A stretch of DNA of 64,000 bases from a virus (IMGVR_UViG_3300036801_000174:1-64000); one strand, 5' to 3'; positions 54,478 to 64,000 are shown, counted from the stretch's first letter. The notes: generated by a model from the sequence alone, not told the origin. Numbers and translations are program-made.

Positions 54478-54939
54478 AGAGCCTCGCCAACGGGGACGGC
54501 CCTGGCGTCGTCCACGCCCTGGGCGCCAGCAGCCCCGGCACGCCCTACGGTCTGACGCTGACCGGCGTGACCCTCAACCAGCTGCCCGAGATCTGGGCAG
54601 GAGCGACTTCGCGCGGCTCGTTGTGAAGCCGCCCCAGGCAGATCCGGTGACCGTCCAGGAGCACCTGGTGCTGCTTGCCTTCCTGCGTGACCACGAGTAC
54701 CAGGATGGTGCCCGGCACCGCCCCTGACCCCCAGACCGGTGGCAAGCGGCGCCCAGGTCATCGCTGCCCGCGACCTGGGCGCCGTCCTGTCCCAGAGGCT
54801 TGACAACGGTCACCAGCACGTCACGCTGAAGGTGCGTGCTCCGTCCGTAGTCCGGCAGGGCAGGTAGGTGAGCCGGGAGCGGTTGACCTCCGATGCACCA
54901 AAACGACCGCTCCCGGGCTGCAGCGCTAGGCTGACCCCC

Positions 54940-55107
54940 ATGACCGCTGACGTGCTGGTTCCCCCCGCCTGCCCGGACCTGCGCGCCGCTCCCCTGGCGC
55001 AGCTGCCAGCCCTGGTCGCGGCCCTGGCTCCCGTGCTCGAGCGGCTGATGCCGGAAGTGCCGGTTGCCACGATCGTGCCGGTGGCGGCCTTCCAGTCGGC
55101 TATCTGA
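54940..55107 (+). CDS. FxSxx-COOH (FxsA-like) RiPP precursor-like peptide
   Basis: 55 aa, leader-like PDLRAAPLAQL..LERL, ends AAFQSAI-stop; TAGGCT-N7-ATG. Confidence 0.75.
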   Translation: MTADVLVPPACPDLRAAPLAQLPALVAALAPVLERLMPEVPVATIVPVAAFQSAI

Positions 55108-55120
55108 CACTTGTCCTGTT

Positions 55121-55270
55121 ATGCGTAGCGGCGTGACCTGGCGCCGTGGCCGCATCGACCCGCCGTTCTGGTGGCGTCCCTGGATCACGCCATGGAGCGC
55201 GTGGCTGGACTGGTGGACGCGGCCGAGGCCGGTCACGGCCAAGGACTTGCGCAAGACAGGTCCACCCTGA
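55121..55270 (+). CDS. Trp/Arg-rich small peptide
   Basis: 49-aa ORF with many Trp residues. Confidence 0.35.
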   Translation: MRSGVTWRRGRIDPPFWWRPWITPWSAWLDWWTRPRPVTAKDLRKTGPP

Positions 55271-55457
55271 CCGGCCAGTACAAGACGCGCTAATCGCCCC
55301 CGCATAAAAGGCCCAATGGTCTACCGCAAAACCGGCGCATGGGATTTCGCCCCCGCACAGTAGCGAATCGCTTTCAATCCGCGACATCCCGGCGTACTCT
55401 CCCAAGCGGGCCATTGCTCGCGGCAAAGCAATCGCCAAGGGGAGGAACCGCAGCGCC

Positions 55458-55886
55458 ATGACTGATCCGCTGCCAGGCGCGTCAATAGGCGCCCCGCACG
55501 AACTGATCTCCTTATACGAGGACTACGGCACCCGGTGGCAAATCTCACCAGTCTGCGACGGGGACAGCGGCTACCACCTCGAGGCACGGCCCCGGCCGCC
55601 CGTCGAGGACTTCGAGCCCGTCACCGCGGACACCCCAGCGGAGATGCGGGAACTGCTCACCGCCCGTGAAGCCCGCCCGGCCAGCGACGAGGGCGCACGG
55701 GTCCGCGCCGACATCGCCCGCCAGCTGGCCCGCGACTTCCCCGGCTGGGACGTCGGCTGTGACCCGGCCGGGTGGGTGGCCCGCAGAGGGCACCGGGCAC
55801 TGTGGGCCGGGTCCGCGGTAGCACTCGGGGCGAAGATCGCGGCAGAGAGCGGCCAGTACACCCGGCCCCGGTTACGGGAGCCATAG
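55458..55886 (+). CDS. hypothetical protein
   Basis: GGAGG RBS; two W..-A/S..L repeat-like modules. Confidence 0.6.
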   Translation: MTDPLPGASIGAPHELISLYEDYGTRWQISPVCDGDSGYHLEARPRPPVEDFEPVTADTPAEMRELLTAREARPASDEGARVRADIARQLARDFPGWDVGCDPAGWVARRGHRALWAGSAVALGAKIAAESGQYTRPRLREP

Positions 55887-56035
55887 TGCCGGGCTGGTTC
55901 TGGCCGTTCATCGGCATCTCCGCCGTGGTCTTCGCGATGGGCGTGGCCGTGGCCAGCATGCGCAGCAAGGGCCGTCACGCGGGCGGGGAGCAGTACCAGG
56001 ACCAGCCGGGCTGGTGGACGGACTGGGATCCCTAG
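55886..56035 (+). CDS. small membrane protein
   Basis: GGGAG RBS, one TM helix. Confidence 0.5.
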   Translation: MPGWFWPFIGISAVVFAMGVAVASMRSKGRHAGGEQYQDQPGWWTDWDP

Positions 56036-56231
56036 AGCGGGCATGGCAGCCCTGCCTCGTCCTGGCCGCCGTCACGGTCAGGGCCTCCCGGGGCGCGGCT
56101 GCCATGCCTTCCACGTCCCGGTGGCGGGTGGCGTATGGATGCGCACATGACACTTGTCCGCTGAGCGGGAAGTCGACTGGGAGACATCCGCCACCGGGAC
56201 TACGATGCCACGACCAGTCCAAGGGGGGACC

Positions 56232-56585
56232 GTGACCGAGATCGATGACGACCTGCTGGCCGCGCTGATGCGCCGGGCCGACCCGGTTGCCGCTGCTCTC
56301 GCCGAGGAGTTCGGCCTGGAGGCGTGCGACGGTGGCTACCGGGTCAAGGACACCGGCACGCACTGGGTTGATGTGACGCGCCAGATCTACAACTGGCGGA
56401 TCTGCCGCATCCCCAGGAACTCGCCGATGACATGGGACCGGGGCTGGTGCTATGCAGGGACCGGCCCGGCATCGTTCACGGCGGCTGTCCTCGCTGCGAT
56501 GGCGTGGGACGGTGCCGACGGCAGCGAGCCTGCCGGGTGGAACAAGAACATCCAGACCGGTGAGTGGCGACCGCCAGCGAGTTAG
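56232..56585 (+). CDS. hypothetical protein
   Basis: AAGGGGG RBS; RGWCY..AWDG..EPAGWNK. Confidence 0.6.
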   Translation: MTEIDDDLLAALMRRADPVAAALAEEFGLEACDGGYRVKDTGTHWVDVTRQIYNWRICRIPRNSPMTWDRGWCYAGTGPASFTAAVLAAMAWDGADGSEPAGWNKNIQTGEWRPPAS

Positions 56586-56667
56586 TCTGCCGCAGCGGTG
56601 GCCGGGCGCGCGCGGTTGTCCGGTCGCCGCTGCAGCTCAAAGACGCACCGAGGGAAAGGGGCTACGC

Positions 56668-57021
56668 ATGACCGAGCACACGACGGCCAAACTGGCGAAG
56701 GCACTCAGTGGCATCCCCGGAGTACCGCGCGAGATGATCCAGCGGGCCGTGGACGGCTACTACCACGATTACCTCTCGCCGCTGGCCCTCCCGGAGGTTC
56801 AGCTGGTGAGCGACCTGCGGGATCTCGCCTCACGGCCAGCGACACCACGTGACTCCCGGCCGCTGCTGAAAGCGCTCGCGCAGGCTGTCATCGACGGCGA
56901 GCACGACGCGACCAAGGAAGAGTCCGACGCCTGGGCCGCGTCTCCAGATGGCCAGGAGACGTTCCGCCAGTTGCGCGATGACGTCACCTTCGGCGGCATG
57001 GTCCGCGACATGGACCGCTAG
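56668..57021 (+). CDS. hypothetical protein
   Basis: AAAGGGG RBS; GYYHDYLSP..GEHDATKEESDAWAASPDGQ. Confidence 0.65.
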   Translation: MTEHTTAKLAKALSGIPGVPREMIQRAVDGYYHDYLSPLALPEVQLVSDLRDLASRPATPRDSRPLLKALAQAVIDGEHDATKEESDAWAASPDGQETFRQLRDDVTFGGMVRDMDR

Positions 57022-57031
57022 CCTTGCGGCC

Positions 57032-57211
57032 ATGATGAACCCGACCTATCACTTCACCCGGATGCGGGAACTGCTAGAAGAGTTCGAGCCCTCCCGCGAG
57101 CGCTCGCTGGCTGCCACGAAGCTCGACGAGTGCGAGATGTGGCTGGACCGCTGCAGCCCCACGGAAGAGGCGCGCAACCGCGACATGGCCGCTCCTGCGC
57201 CCCGGGCCTGA
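57032..57211 (+). CDS. Acb2/Tad1-like small protein
   Basis: PSRERSLAATKLDECEMWL motif; TAGCCT-N7-ATG. Confidence 0.6.
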   Translation: MMNPTYHFTRMRELLEEFEPSRERSLAATKLDECEMWLDRCSPTEEARNRDMAAPAPRA

Positions 57212-57323
57212 GTGCGCCTGGGCCAGCCTTATCCCCGGTGCCTGAGCGGCCCCGTCAGTCTCACGTCTGGCGGGGCGCTCCGCTGTCCGGGGGCCAGCGC
57301 GAGCGAATCACTAGACTGGATTC

Positions 57324-57617
57324 GTGACTCCGAGCGAGACCGAAGCGCAGAACGCCATCAACGCCGCTGGTGCGGCATCGTCGGCTGAGTACCTGCGGCG
57401 CCTGAAGGCAATGCCGCGCTGGCGTCAGTGGCTCGTGGGCAAACTCGCCCCGCGCTGGCCCTTCACGGTCGCCCAGGCCCCGCCCGGCGTGATTGAACTG
57501 ACCAAGCCTCTTGACGTGCCGCCCGGCGTCATCCTCACAGGGACCGTCGCTGACTCTGCCGAGATGGCCGCCTACCAGGAAGCGTCGAACGAACTGCACT
57601 ACCTGACGGGAGACTGA
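57324..57617 (+). CDS. hypothetical protein, leaderless
   Basis: TAGACT-N6-GTG. Confidence 0.5.
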   Translation: MTPSETEAQNAINAAGAASSAEYLRRLKAMPRWRQWLVGKLAPRWPFTVAQAPPGVIELTKPLDVPPGVILTGTVADSAEMAAYQEASNELHYLTGD

Positions 57618-57635
57618 CCCAGCGCGGGCGGCCAC

Positions 57636-57878
57636 TCAGCCATCCGGAGGGCTGGCCACGAAAGTCCCCCAGCCGGGCCTCATCACGGCAAGCCGCTCGT
57701 CGACCAGCACCTTGAGCGCCTTCCTGGCTGTCAGCGCAGCCACTCCAGTCTCCTGCACAATCCGCTCCGCTGACGGCAGCCGGGACCGCGGCGGGTAGGT
57801 GCCGTCGCGGATGCCCTCGCGCAGCTGGGCCGCGATCTGCTGGTAGGGCGGCACGTCGCTGTCCCGGTCGACCTCCAT
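57636..57878 (-). CDS. stand-alone GntR HTH regulator
   Basis: PPYQQIAAQLREGIRDGTYPP..RLPS..TARKAL..PGWGTFV; TACGGT-N7-ATG. Confidence 0.85.
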   Translation of the reverse strand: MEVDRDSDVPPYQQIAAQLREGIRDGTYPPRSRLPSAERIVQETGVAALTARKALKVLVDERLAVMRPGWGTFVASPPDG

Positions 57879-57965
57879 GATCGCAACCGTACGCGGGCAC
57901 TGTGGACGGGTCTGGACCGTATTGCACCATGGCGGAATATGGTCCGCTAGGGCTAGGATTGCCGC

Positions 57966-58178
57966 ATGGCAGGCCCCGACCCCGCCAGCCCCGTGCCGGC
58001 AGCCACACTCCGCGGCGACTGGTTCACCCGGGGCTGGACAGTGAGCAGCGACGGCACGCAAGCCACAGCCCCGGACGGCACACGCGTGACCGCCAGCTCC
58101 CCGGCAGTCCTGAGAGTGTTCATCCACGCCGCGTGGTGGGACCGGCAGGTCGGGGAAGTTGTGAGTTCAAGAACTTAA
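57966..58178 (+). CDS. hypothetical protein
   Basis: TAGGAT-N6-ATG, divergent from GntR. Confidence 0.55.
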   Translation: MAGPDPASPVPAATLRGDWFTRGWTVSSDGTQATAPDGTRVTASSPAVLRVFIHAAWWDRQVGEVVSSRT

Positions 58179-58587
58179 GAACCCGCTGACGACCAGGTTG
58201 CCGCCACATGGCAGGAACTACGGAAATCTTTGCCAATAGCCCCACCAGGGCCATACCTTAGATGCCCAAAGGTCTGAGCCGCCAGAGGTCAGACATCCGG
58301 CACCTCCGGCGGCCACCAATGACGCCGCGGCGGCGGGCGGTGAACTGACGGCCTGGCCGGCACGCACTCCCGGCAAGGAGGGCAACGGCCGGGACGACCA
58401 CCCCCGCCGCCACGGCCCTCGCATCTTCCCGGCGATCTTCCTGCGGCGACGTCTCAAGGTGTGTCACCCTTGACTCTGCGTGATGCGCCGGTTACCTGGC
58501 GTTGCCCTCCTTGCCGACACACCAGCCGCCGCCCTCCGGATACGGGGCGGGGCTGCGTGTGGCTGGCGTGGTCTACGTGACGGGGGC

Positions 58588-58923
58588 ATGGCGGTGCGAC
58601 TCAGGGCGGCATGGGCCGCAGCAGGAGCGTTGTGGGCGGCACAGCTCGCCGAGGGCGTGCTTGCGCCGGGCCTGCTCAATGCCGAACTGGGCCTGCTGCT
58701 TGACAGCCTCACGATCGTCGTGACCGTGACCCTCGTCGGCTGGCACCTGCTCGACAGGTGCGGCCTGCGGCCAGCCGTGACACGCGCTGAGTATGAAGCC
58801 AACCGGGACGACATCGAGATGTTCAAGCGTAACTTCAGCCGGGCCAGGCAGGGTATCAAGGAGGCCACCGGGCCCGCAGGCCAGCCACTGCGGTGCGTCC
58901 GCGATGATGAGGCGGCCGGCTAA
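58588..58923 (+). CDS. membrane protein
   Basis: two TM helices; start codon uncertain. Confidence 0.5.
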   Translation: MAVRLRAAWAAAGALWAAQLAEGVLAPGLLNAELGLLLDSLTIVVTVTLVGWHLLDRCGLRPAVTRAEYEANRDDIEMFKRNFSRARQGIKEATGPAGQPLRCVRDDEAAG

Positions 58924-59375
58924 GCGCCCTTGGCCTCCTCCGTCTGGTCCTCTCCGGCGCGTATCTCGGCGATCCGCTCACGGGCCCAGTCCACGATGCC
59001 CAGCCTGAGGTCGTAGTCCATGGCCTCGTCTTGCAGGATGTCCCTGAAGCTGGCCGGGTCGCCCGGCAGCAAGCCGGGGAGGTCCGGCTCCTCGCGGCGC
59101 TCGATCTCCCGCAGGATCTCGGCCGCGTCTGACCTCCCGGCTTCGTCAAGGCGGCCCGGGGTGACGCCGACCGCGTGAGCCATGTGGGCGAGGGTCACCG
59201 CCCTGGCCACGACGGGCTCGTAGGTGCCCTGGCGGGACTCGTAGCCGCTCTCGATCTGCGACCAGCGCGCCTTGCTGACGCCCGCCTCCCGCGCCGCGTC
59301 GGCGGTCCTGGTGTGCGCCGCCTCCCGGGCCAGCCTGATGAGAACGGCTTCGGGGGGCGGTTGCGGTTTGCTCAT
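58920..59375 (-). CDS. immunity repressor (XRE HTH)
   Basis: AAREAGVSKARWSQIESG..TLAHMAHAVGVTP; divergent from cro-like gene. Confidence 0.75.
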   Translation of the reverse strand: MSKPQPPPEAVLIRLAREAAHTRTADAAREAGVSKARWSQIESGYESRQGTYEPVVARAVTLAHMAHAVGVTPGRLDEAGRSDAAEILREIERREEPDLPGLLPGDPASFRDILQDEAMDYDLRLGIVDWARERIAEIRAGEDQTEEAKGA

Positions 59376-59519
59376 GCGCTGCCTCAGTCCGTAGGTCACC
59401 CGCTGAACTGTACTGAACATATCGCACTGGACAAGCCACGCCGCACTTGCTAAACAATCTTGCAAATTCTGAACGGACTAGCTTGCCAACCCTGTTCAGT
59501 TCAGTCTAGTCTGTTCATC
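59376..59519. promoter_or_regulatory. cI/cro switch operator region
   Basis: repeated CTGAAC/GTTCAG; inverted pair TGAACGGACTAG (59470-59481) and CTAGTCTGTTCA (59506-59517). Confidence 0.6.
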
Positions 59520-59783
59520 ATGACCGATGGAACACAATCAGTCAATCCGGGACCAGGCGGAGCAATCGCCCAGCACCCGGAACGGCTCAAGTGGCGGCGC
59601 ACCGCCAGGGGGCTCGGCCTCAATGAAGCCGCCCGCCGGGCCGAGGTATCCAAGGCCCACCTGTCCATGCTTGAGCGCGGCATCCACGGCGCTTCGCCAG
59701 CCGTCCTGCGGCGTCTCGCGAAGCTCTACAAGTGCAAGATCGCTGACCTCATGCCTGATGACCCTGGCAAGCGTGCGGCATGA
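59520..59783 (+). CDS. Cro-like XRE regulator
   Basis: GLGLNEAARRAEVSKAHLSMLERG..LRRLAKLY; first early gene. Confidence 0.8.
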   Translation: MTDGTQSVNPGPGGAIAQHPERLKWRRTARGLGLNEAARRAEVSKAHLSMLERGIHGASPAVLRRLAKLYKCKIADLMPDDPGKRAA

Positions 59784-61523
59784 CACTCACCGAGGCCCGC
59801 GAGCGCATCGGCGAAGAGGTCATCTACCGGGCGCATGGCGCCATCGCCGAGGACGGCACGATCTCCAGCGTCGGCGAGCGCTTCGTCTTCGTACGCTACG
59901 CCGGGGACCGGCACTCCAAGGCCACCGATCCGGCAGCACTCACCCTGCTGGCAGGTGCCGCATGAGCACCCTCGCAGCGTCCGAGCCCATGGACTACATC
60001 TGCCTCGACTGCAAGGGCCACTTCCAGTCCTTCAGCATCTCGCCCGATACCTGCCCGCTGTGCGGTGCAGATTTCCGCGAGCGCGATTGCGCCGACGACG
60101 ACCTGGACGTGACATGACCGCCAAGCAGGTCCGGAACGACGCAGAGATACGCCTTGGCGGAGCCGACGCGGCGAAGCTCTGGCGGATGACGAGCAGCAAC
60201 GCACGCGGTCTCATCGGCCCGCTCGTGACGACGCTCACCTACCTGGACGAACAGGACAGCAGCAAGGAGACCGACGCGGCCTAGACATGCCACGGGCCCG
60301 CGTCAGCAGCGCGGGCCCGGCACGGCGAAACCGAGAACAGATTACCAGAAAGAGGCGAAACCAAGTGAACGACCCGATCATGACCCATCCTCCGGGCGCG
60401 GAACTCACCGCCCCCGGCATGGGCGCTCACATCCCGTTCAACTGCACTCCGCATGCGGGCGACGCCTGTCTCTGCAACGGCGTTCCGTCCGTCGTCCTCG
60501 TCATCGGCGAGATCTGCGGCCGGGACATCGCCCTGGTCATCACTGACCCGTCCGTCCTCGCTGAGCTTGAGTACGCGGCCCGGCTGGCGAACGCCCGGCT
60601 GGCGATGTGGGGTCAGGACCACAAGGAGGCTGCCGCATGAGCGTCAGCGCCACCCTCACCGACGATCCGTCCGGCGTGAAACTGACCGTCTACCGCGGCC
60701 CTGCTCTCCCTGGCGGCAGCATGCGCACCCGCTACAAGCTCACCAAGACCGACGGCTCGGAGATCGATCTCGGCATCACCGAGTGGCTTGGGGTGGTCCA
60801 CCTGGCCGAGCGCTGGGGTGAGGTCTCATGACCGGCCCCGAGCACTACCGCGAGGCCGAAGCGACGCTTAAGCACGCTGAGACCTGCGGCTTCCCCCTGG
60901 CGCAGCAGACGATCATCTACCGCTGCGCCCAGGTCCACGCCACTCTCGCTCTCGCTGCCGCTACGGCCATGAACTTCCCTGTCGGCGACGGCATGACCCA
61001 GGCAGAGCGGACGGCATGGCGCGAGGCGGCGGGGACGCGGGCCAAGGCAGGTGTCTTCAATGCCTGAGGCCACTACCTTCCGCATCTCCACGTACCGCAA
61101 ACTCGCCAAGGGCGAGCTCGGGCTCACACAGGCGGCCAGCAACCGCGTGGCCGCAAGCGAAGCGCTCGCTTGGGTGCTGAACGAACTGCCCGATGATGCC
61201 TGGACCGTCACCCATGACGACTCCGGCGACGTCGCCACCATCGTCATTGACTGGTCGCAGGTTCCGGATTCGATCCGCCACCCGAAGATCACTGCGGGGC
61301 GGCGATGACCGTCACCCTCGCCCCGGCCGTCCTCACTGACGCCCAGCGGGTCCTGCTCGCCGAGGCCATCGAAGACGCCGTTACGTACCGCCTGCCAGAC
61401 GGTGACTGCGCCGCCTGCCAGACCGCGCCGGACCGGACTTGCGGTGAGCACGTCGCTGACCTTGATAAGGCCGTTGCCTACCGCGTCCTCGCTGAGAACC
61501 TGCGTCTGGGGGCGGCGCTGTGA
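59780..61523 (+). other. string of small coupled early genes (59780-59965, 59962-60117, 60114-60284, 60287-60640, 60637-60831, 60828-61067, 61060-61308, 61305-61523)
   Basis: short ORFs, mostly with ATGA-type overlaps, downstream of cro. Confidence 0.65.
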
Positions 61524-62221
61524 CCGAAACCAAACGCTGCTCAACTTGCGGCAAGACGAAGGCCGCCGATGAGTTCGGCTGGACGAGCAAGGCAAAGCGC
61601 GGGCGCCTGAGCCAGTGCCGCCGTTGCGCTGCCGACGCCGCCCTCAAGCGCTACCACGAGAACCGTGACGCATGTATCGCCCGGATGCGCAAGTACAAGG
61701 CGGAAAACAAGGACCGCCTGCGCGAGCAGGCTGCTGAATACCGGGCCAGGAATCGCGCCCAGCGCCTTGAGCAAGGCCGTCAGCGCTACGCCGAGAATCG
61801 AGAGCAGTACGCAGAACGCTGGGCGCGGTATTACGCGGAGAACCGTGAGCGACTCCTGGAGCGCCATCGCGAATGGGTCGCGGAGAACAAGGAGCAGCAG
61901 GCCGAGTACGGGCACCGGTACTTCCGGGAACTCAAGGGTGCCGTGCTGGCGCACTACGGCGATCCCTGCGCATGCTGCGGCGGCACTGACCGGCTGAGCA
62001 TCGACCACGTTAACGGAGACGGGGCCCAGCATCGTGCGGCTGACGGCCTGGGCAGCAGCGATGCCATGTACCGCTGGCTGATCAGCAACAACTTCCCGGA
62101 GGGCTTTCAGACCCTCTGCTCACGCTGCAACTCAAGCAAGAGCCGCGGCGACCAGTGCCGTCTTGACCATTCACCCGCAGCCTCCGCGCGGCTGCCCCAG
62201 CCCGCAGGGAGCCCGTCATGA
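61520..62221 (+). CDS. HNH endonuclease
   Basis: KRCSTCG..CRRC, helical repeats, CACCG..LSIDHVNG..LCSRCNSSK. Confidence 0.85.
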   Translation: MTETKRCSTCGKTKAADEFGWTSKAKRGRLSQCRRCAADAALKRYHENRDACIARMRKYKAENKDRLREQAAEYRARNRAQRLEQGRQRYAENREQYAERWARYYAENRERLLERHREWVAENKEQQAEYGHRYFRELKGAVLAHYGDPCACCGGTDRLSIDHVNGDGAQHRAADGLGSSDAMYRWLISNNFPEGFQTLCSRCNSSKSRGDQCRLDHSPAASARLPQPAGSPS

Positions 62222-62805
62222 CCGCCCCCGCAATCAAGCCACACGACAGAACCGGGAACGTGATCTTGCAGCCGAAGGAGCCCGCGGACGTGACCGAGGA
62301 GACGCCCGAGCAGTCCTGGCCCAAGCCACGCGGCGCCCACTTCTCCTTCACCGCCGCGATCCTCGTCGACCATCCGCACCTCGCAGACATTTTCCGCGCC
62401 AACCAGGTCCGGCCGCCGACACCGGACGAGGCCGCGATGTACGAGCAGCGGCTCAGCGACCCCAAGTGGGCGTGGTTGCTAGCCCTGGTTGGCGAGACTC
62501 ACCCGCTGCGGCCCACGGCTGGTCCTGAGCCCGGGCCGATCGTGATCACACGCGAGGAACTGACCCAGGTCTGGGACGAACAGCACCCGGCCGAGCCCGC
62601 TCCCGTCGCTGCCGATCCTGAGCCCGCAGGTGACCCAGCCGAGGCAGGCGAGGACGTCTCCCCGCAGCCGGAAGCCGCTGAGCCAGCACCTGACGCCACG
62701 CAGGTACTCAACCCGGGCGAGGCCATGACGGCGCTCCTGCCGCCCGTGGAGGCACCCACAGCGATGCTGCCGGTCGCGACAGACGAGGACGGGGGCGAGT
62801 CATGA
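62218..62805 (+). CDS. hypothetical protein
   Basis: ATGA coupling, Pro/Glu-rich tail. Confidence 0.55.
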   Translation: MTAPAIKPHDRTGNVILQPKEPADVTEETPEQSWPKPRGAHFSFTAAILVDHPHLADIFRANQVRPPTPDEAAMYEQRLSDPKWAWLLALVGETHPLRPTAGPEPGPIVITREELTQVWDEQHPAEPAPVAADPEPAGDPAEAGEDVSPQPEAAEPAPDATQVLNPGEAMTALLPPVEAPTAMLPVATDEDGGES

Positions 62806-63050
62806 GCACCGCCAGCAGTCAGCAGATGCTCAACATCCTTGCCGATGTCTCAATCGGTCTCGCCATTACGTCGGTGTGCCTGTTCCTGGTCGTCGCGCTC
62901 TGCGCGCTGGCCAAGGGCTACCGCCTGACGGTGTCGCCGCCAGCGCAGCCGAAGCAGGCGCAGCCCAAGCCCACCGTCCCGCCCGGCATGACGACGCCGG
63001 CCCAGCTGGACCGTGACCACGTGGTGAAGCCGGGCGGGGTGAAGTTCTGA
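62802..63050 (+). CDS. small membrane protein
   Basis: one TM helix, ATGA coupling. Confidence 0.55.
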   Translation: MSTASSQQMLNILADVSIGLAITSVCLFLVVALCALAKGYRLTVSPPAQPKQAQPKPTVPPGMTTPAQLDRDHVVKPGGVKF

Positions 63051-63433
63051 TGACGCTCGCAACCCTGCCGAACACCCGCCCCGTCTTCGTCCAGCGCCTG
63101 GACCCAGACCGCAGGGCCATTCTCCTGGCCTGGCTCGCAGCCGAAACCCTCGAGTACCCCGAGCGGCTTCCGCAGGCCGCCCAGCGCGTCCTGCTGGCCG
63201 CGTGGGCCGCCGAGACGCTCCAGGGCGTGGTGCTGCAGGAGGCATGGCTGGAGTACCTGTCAGCGGTCCGGCTGGAAGAGGACGTGGACTCCGGGCTCGT
63301 TTCGTGGCAGCAGGTCGAGCCTGAGCTGATCTGCCCGGAACCGGCCGAGGTCGTGCGCGAGATGGCGCATGCCGATGCAGCAGCAGCGCTGAGGATTCTC
63401 GTCCTCGGCGACACCAACGGGGGGACTGACTGA
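63050..63433 (+). CDS. hypothetical protein
   Basis: TGATG coupling. Confidence 0.55.
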   Translation: MTLATLPNTRPVFVQRLDPDRRAILLAWLAAETLEYPERLPQAAQRVLLAAWAAETLQGVVLQEAWLEYLSAVRLEEDVDSGLVSWQQVEPELICPEPAEVVREMAHADAAAALRILVLGDTNGGTD

Positions 63434-63434
63434 C

Positions 63435-64000
63435 ATGGAAGAGGCAGAGATCGTGACGGGGGAACTGGTGCCGGTGTCTCCAGCGGCCACGCTGGAGGAG
63501 TATCGGCCGCGGATCGTGATGGCGCCCGAAGAGGCCAAGGCGCTCGACGGCCAGCTGCGCAGCAACATGCGCGCGGTCCTGCACGAGGGCAGCGACTACG
63601 GCCAGATTCCCGGTGCCGGGGACAAGCCGGTCCTGCTGAAGCCGGGGGCGGAGAAGCTGCTCCAGTGGTTCGGGTTCGGACACGCCATGGAGCGCGCCGA
63701 GATCGACACCGACGCGGACGGCGGGCGGCTGGGGGTCACCTACCGCTGCACCGTCACCAAGGGCCTGCCCGATGGCCGCGTGGTCACCGTGGCCATGTGC
63801 GAGGGCTACGCGGGCTACGACGAGGACCGGTTCTTCACCAGCAAGGAGCGCTCCGAGGAGAAGGAACGCGCCAACGCCGAGCGCTACCGGCGCGCGGTCA
63901 ACCCGTCGAAGTGCATGGAGTACCGGGCCCCGTGGAACACGGTCATCAAGATGGCGCAGAAGCGCGCCATGGTCGGTGCCGCGCTCCAGGCCACCAGCGC
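63435..64000 (+). CDS. phage recombination/annealing-like protein, partial
   Basis: DYGQIPG..KPVLLKPGAEKL..NTVIKMAQKRAMVGA; runs off window. Confidence 0.6.
   Translation, partial: MEEAEIVTGELVPVSPAATLEEYRPRIVMAPEEAKALDGQLRSNMRAVLHEGSDYGQIPGAGDKPVLLKPGAEKLLQWFGFGHAMERAEIDTDADGGRLGVTYRCTVTKGLPDGRVVTVAMCEGYAGYDEDRFFTSKERSEEKERANAERYRRAVNPSKCMEYRAPWNTVIKMAQKRAMVGAALQATS

Noticed and set aside
54474-54727. Possible frameshifted gene (MKSLANG.. joining ..LGRSDFARLVV..)
   Set aside because: No recognisable homology or slippery site; cannot tell pseudogene from noise
1-64000. tRNA, rRNA, integrase, relaxase or reverse transcriptase/DGR
   Set aside because: No supporting motifs seen by eye; dedicated searches were not run

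Overview
High-GC actinobacterial temperate phage genome segment (siphovirus-type); no host genes, integrase, tRNA or CRISPR array were recognised. The minus strand carries one long co-oriented gene string. From about 33.3 kb down to base 1 it is the late region: TerS, a frameshifted TerL, a portal-2H phosphoesterase-MuF fusion, an XkdF-like protease, scaffold, major capsid, neck, major tail, a frameshifted tail chaperone, tape measure and glycine-rich tail/fibre proteins. From about 47.1 to 34.5 kb it is a plasmid/AICE-like transfer operon with a VirD4-like coupling ATPase, an FtsK/TraB-like ATPase, a DUF2637/SpdB-like membrane protein, WhiB and an operon-embedded tnpB. Divergent from this are GntR (Kor-like), XRE-DUF5919 and Nudix genes, an HTH Rep with five 15-bp iterons, and an accessory island of small, mostly leaderless genes. 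That island holds an orphan FxSxx-COOH RiPP-precursor-like peptide, an Acb2/Tad1-like protein and a small secreted peptide. A cI/cro switch and early genes follow. Main leads: (1) a phage-plasmid that may also spread by Streptomyces-type conjugation; (2) a phage-borne FxsA-like peptide lacking its maturase, possibly a decoy; (3) a candidate programmed -1 frameshift inside the TerL Walker A motif; (4) a 2H phosphoesterase in the portal polyprotein flanked by putative protease sites. All family assignments are motif recognition by eye, not database searches.
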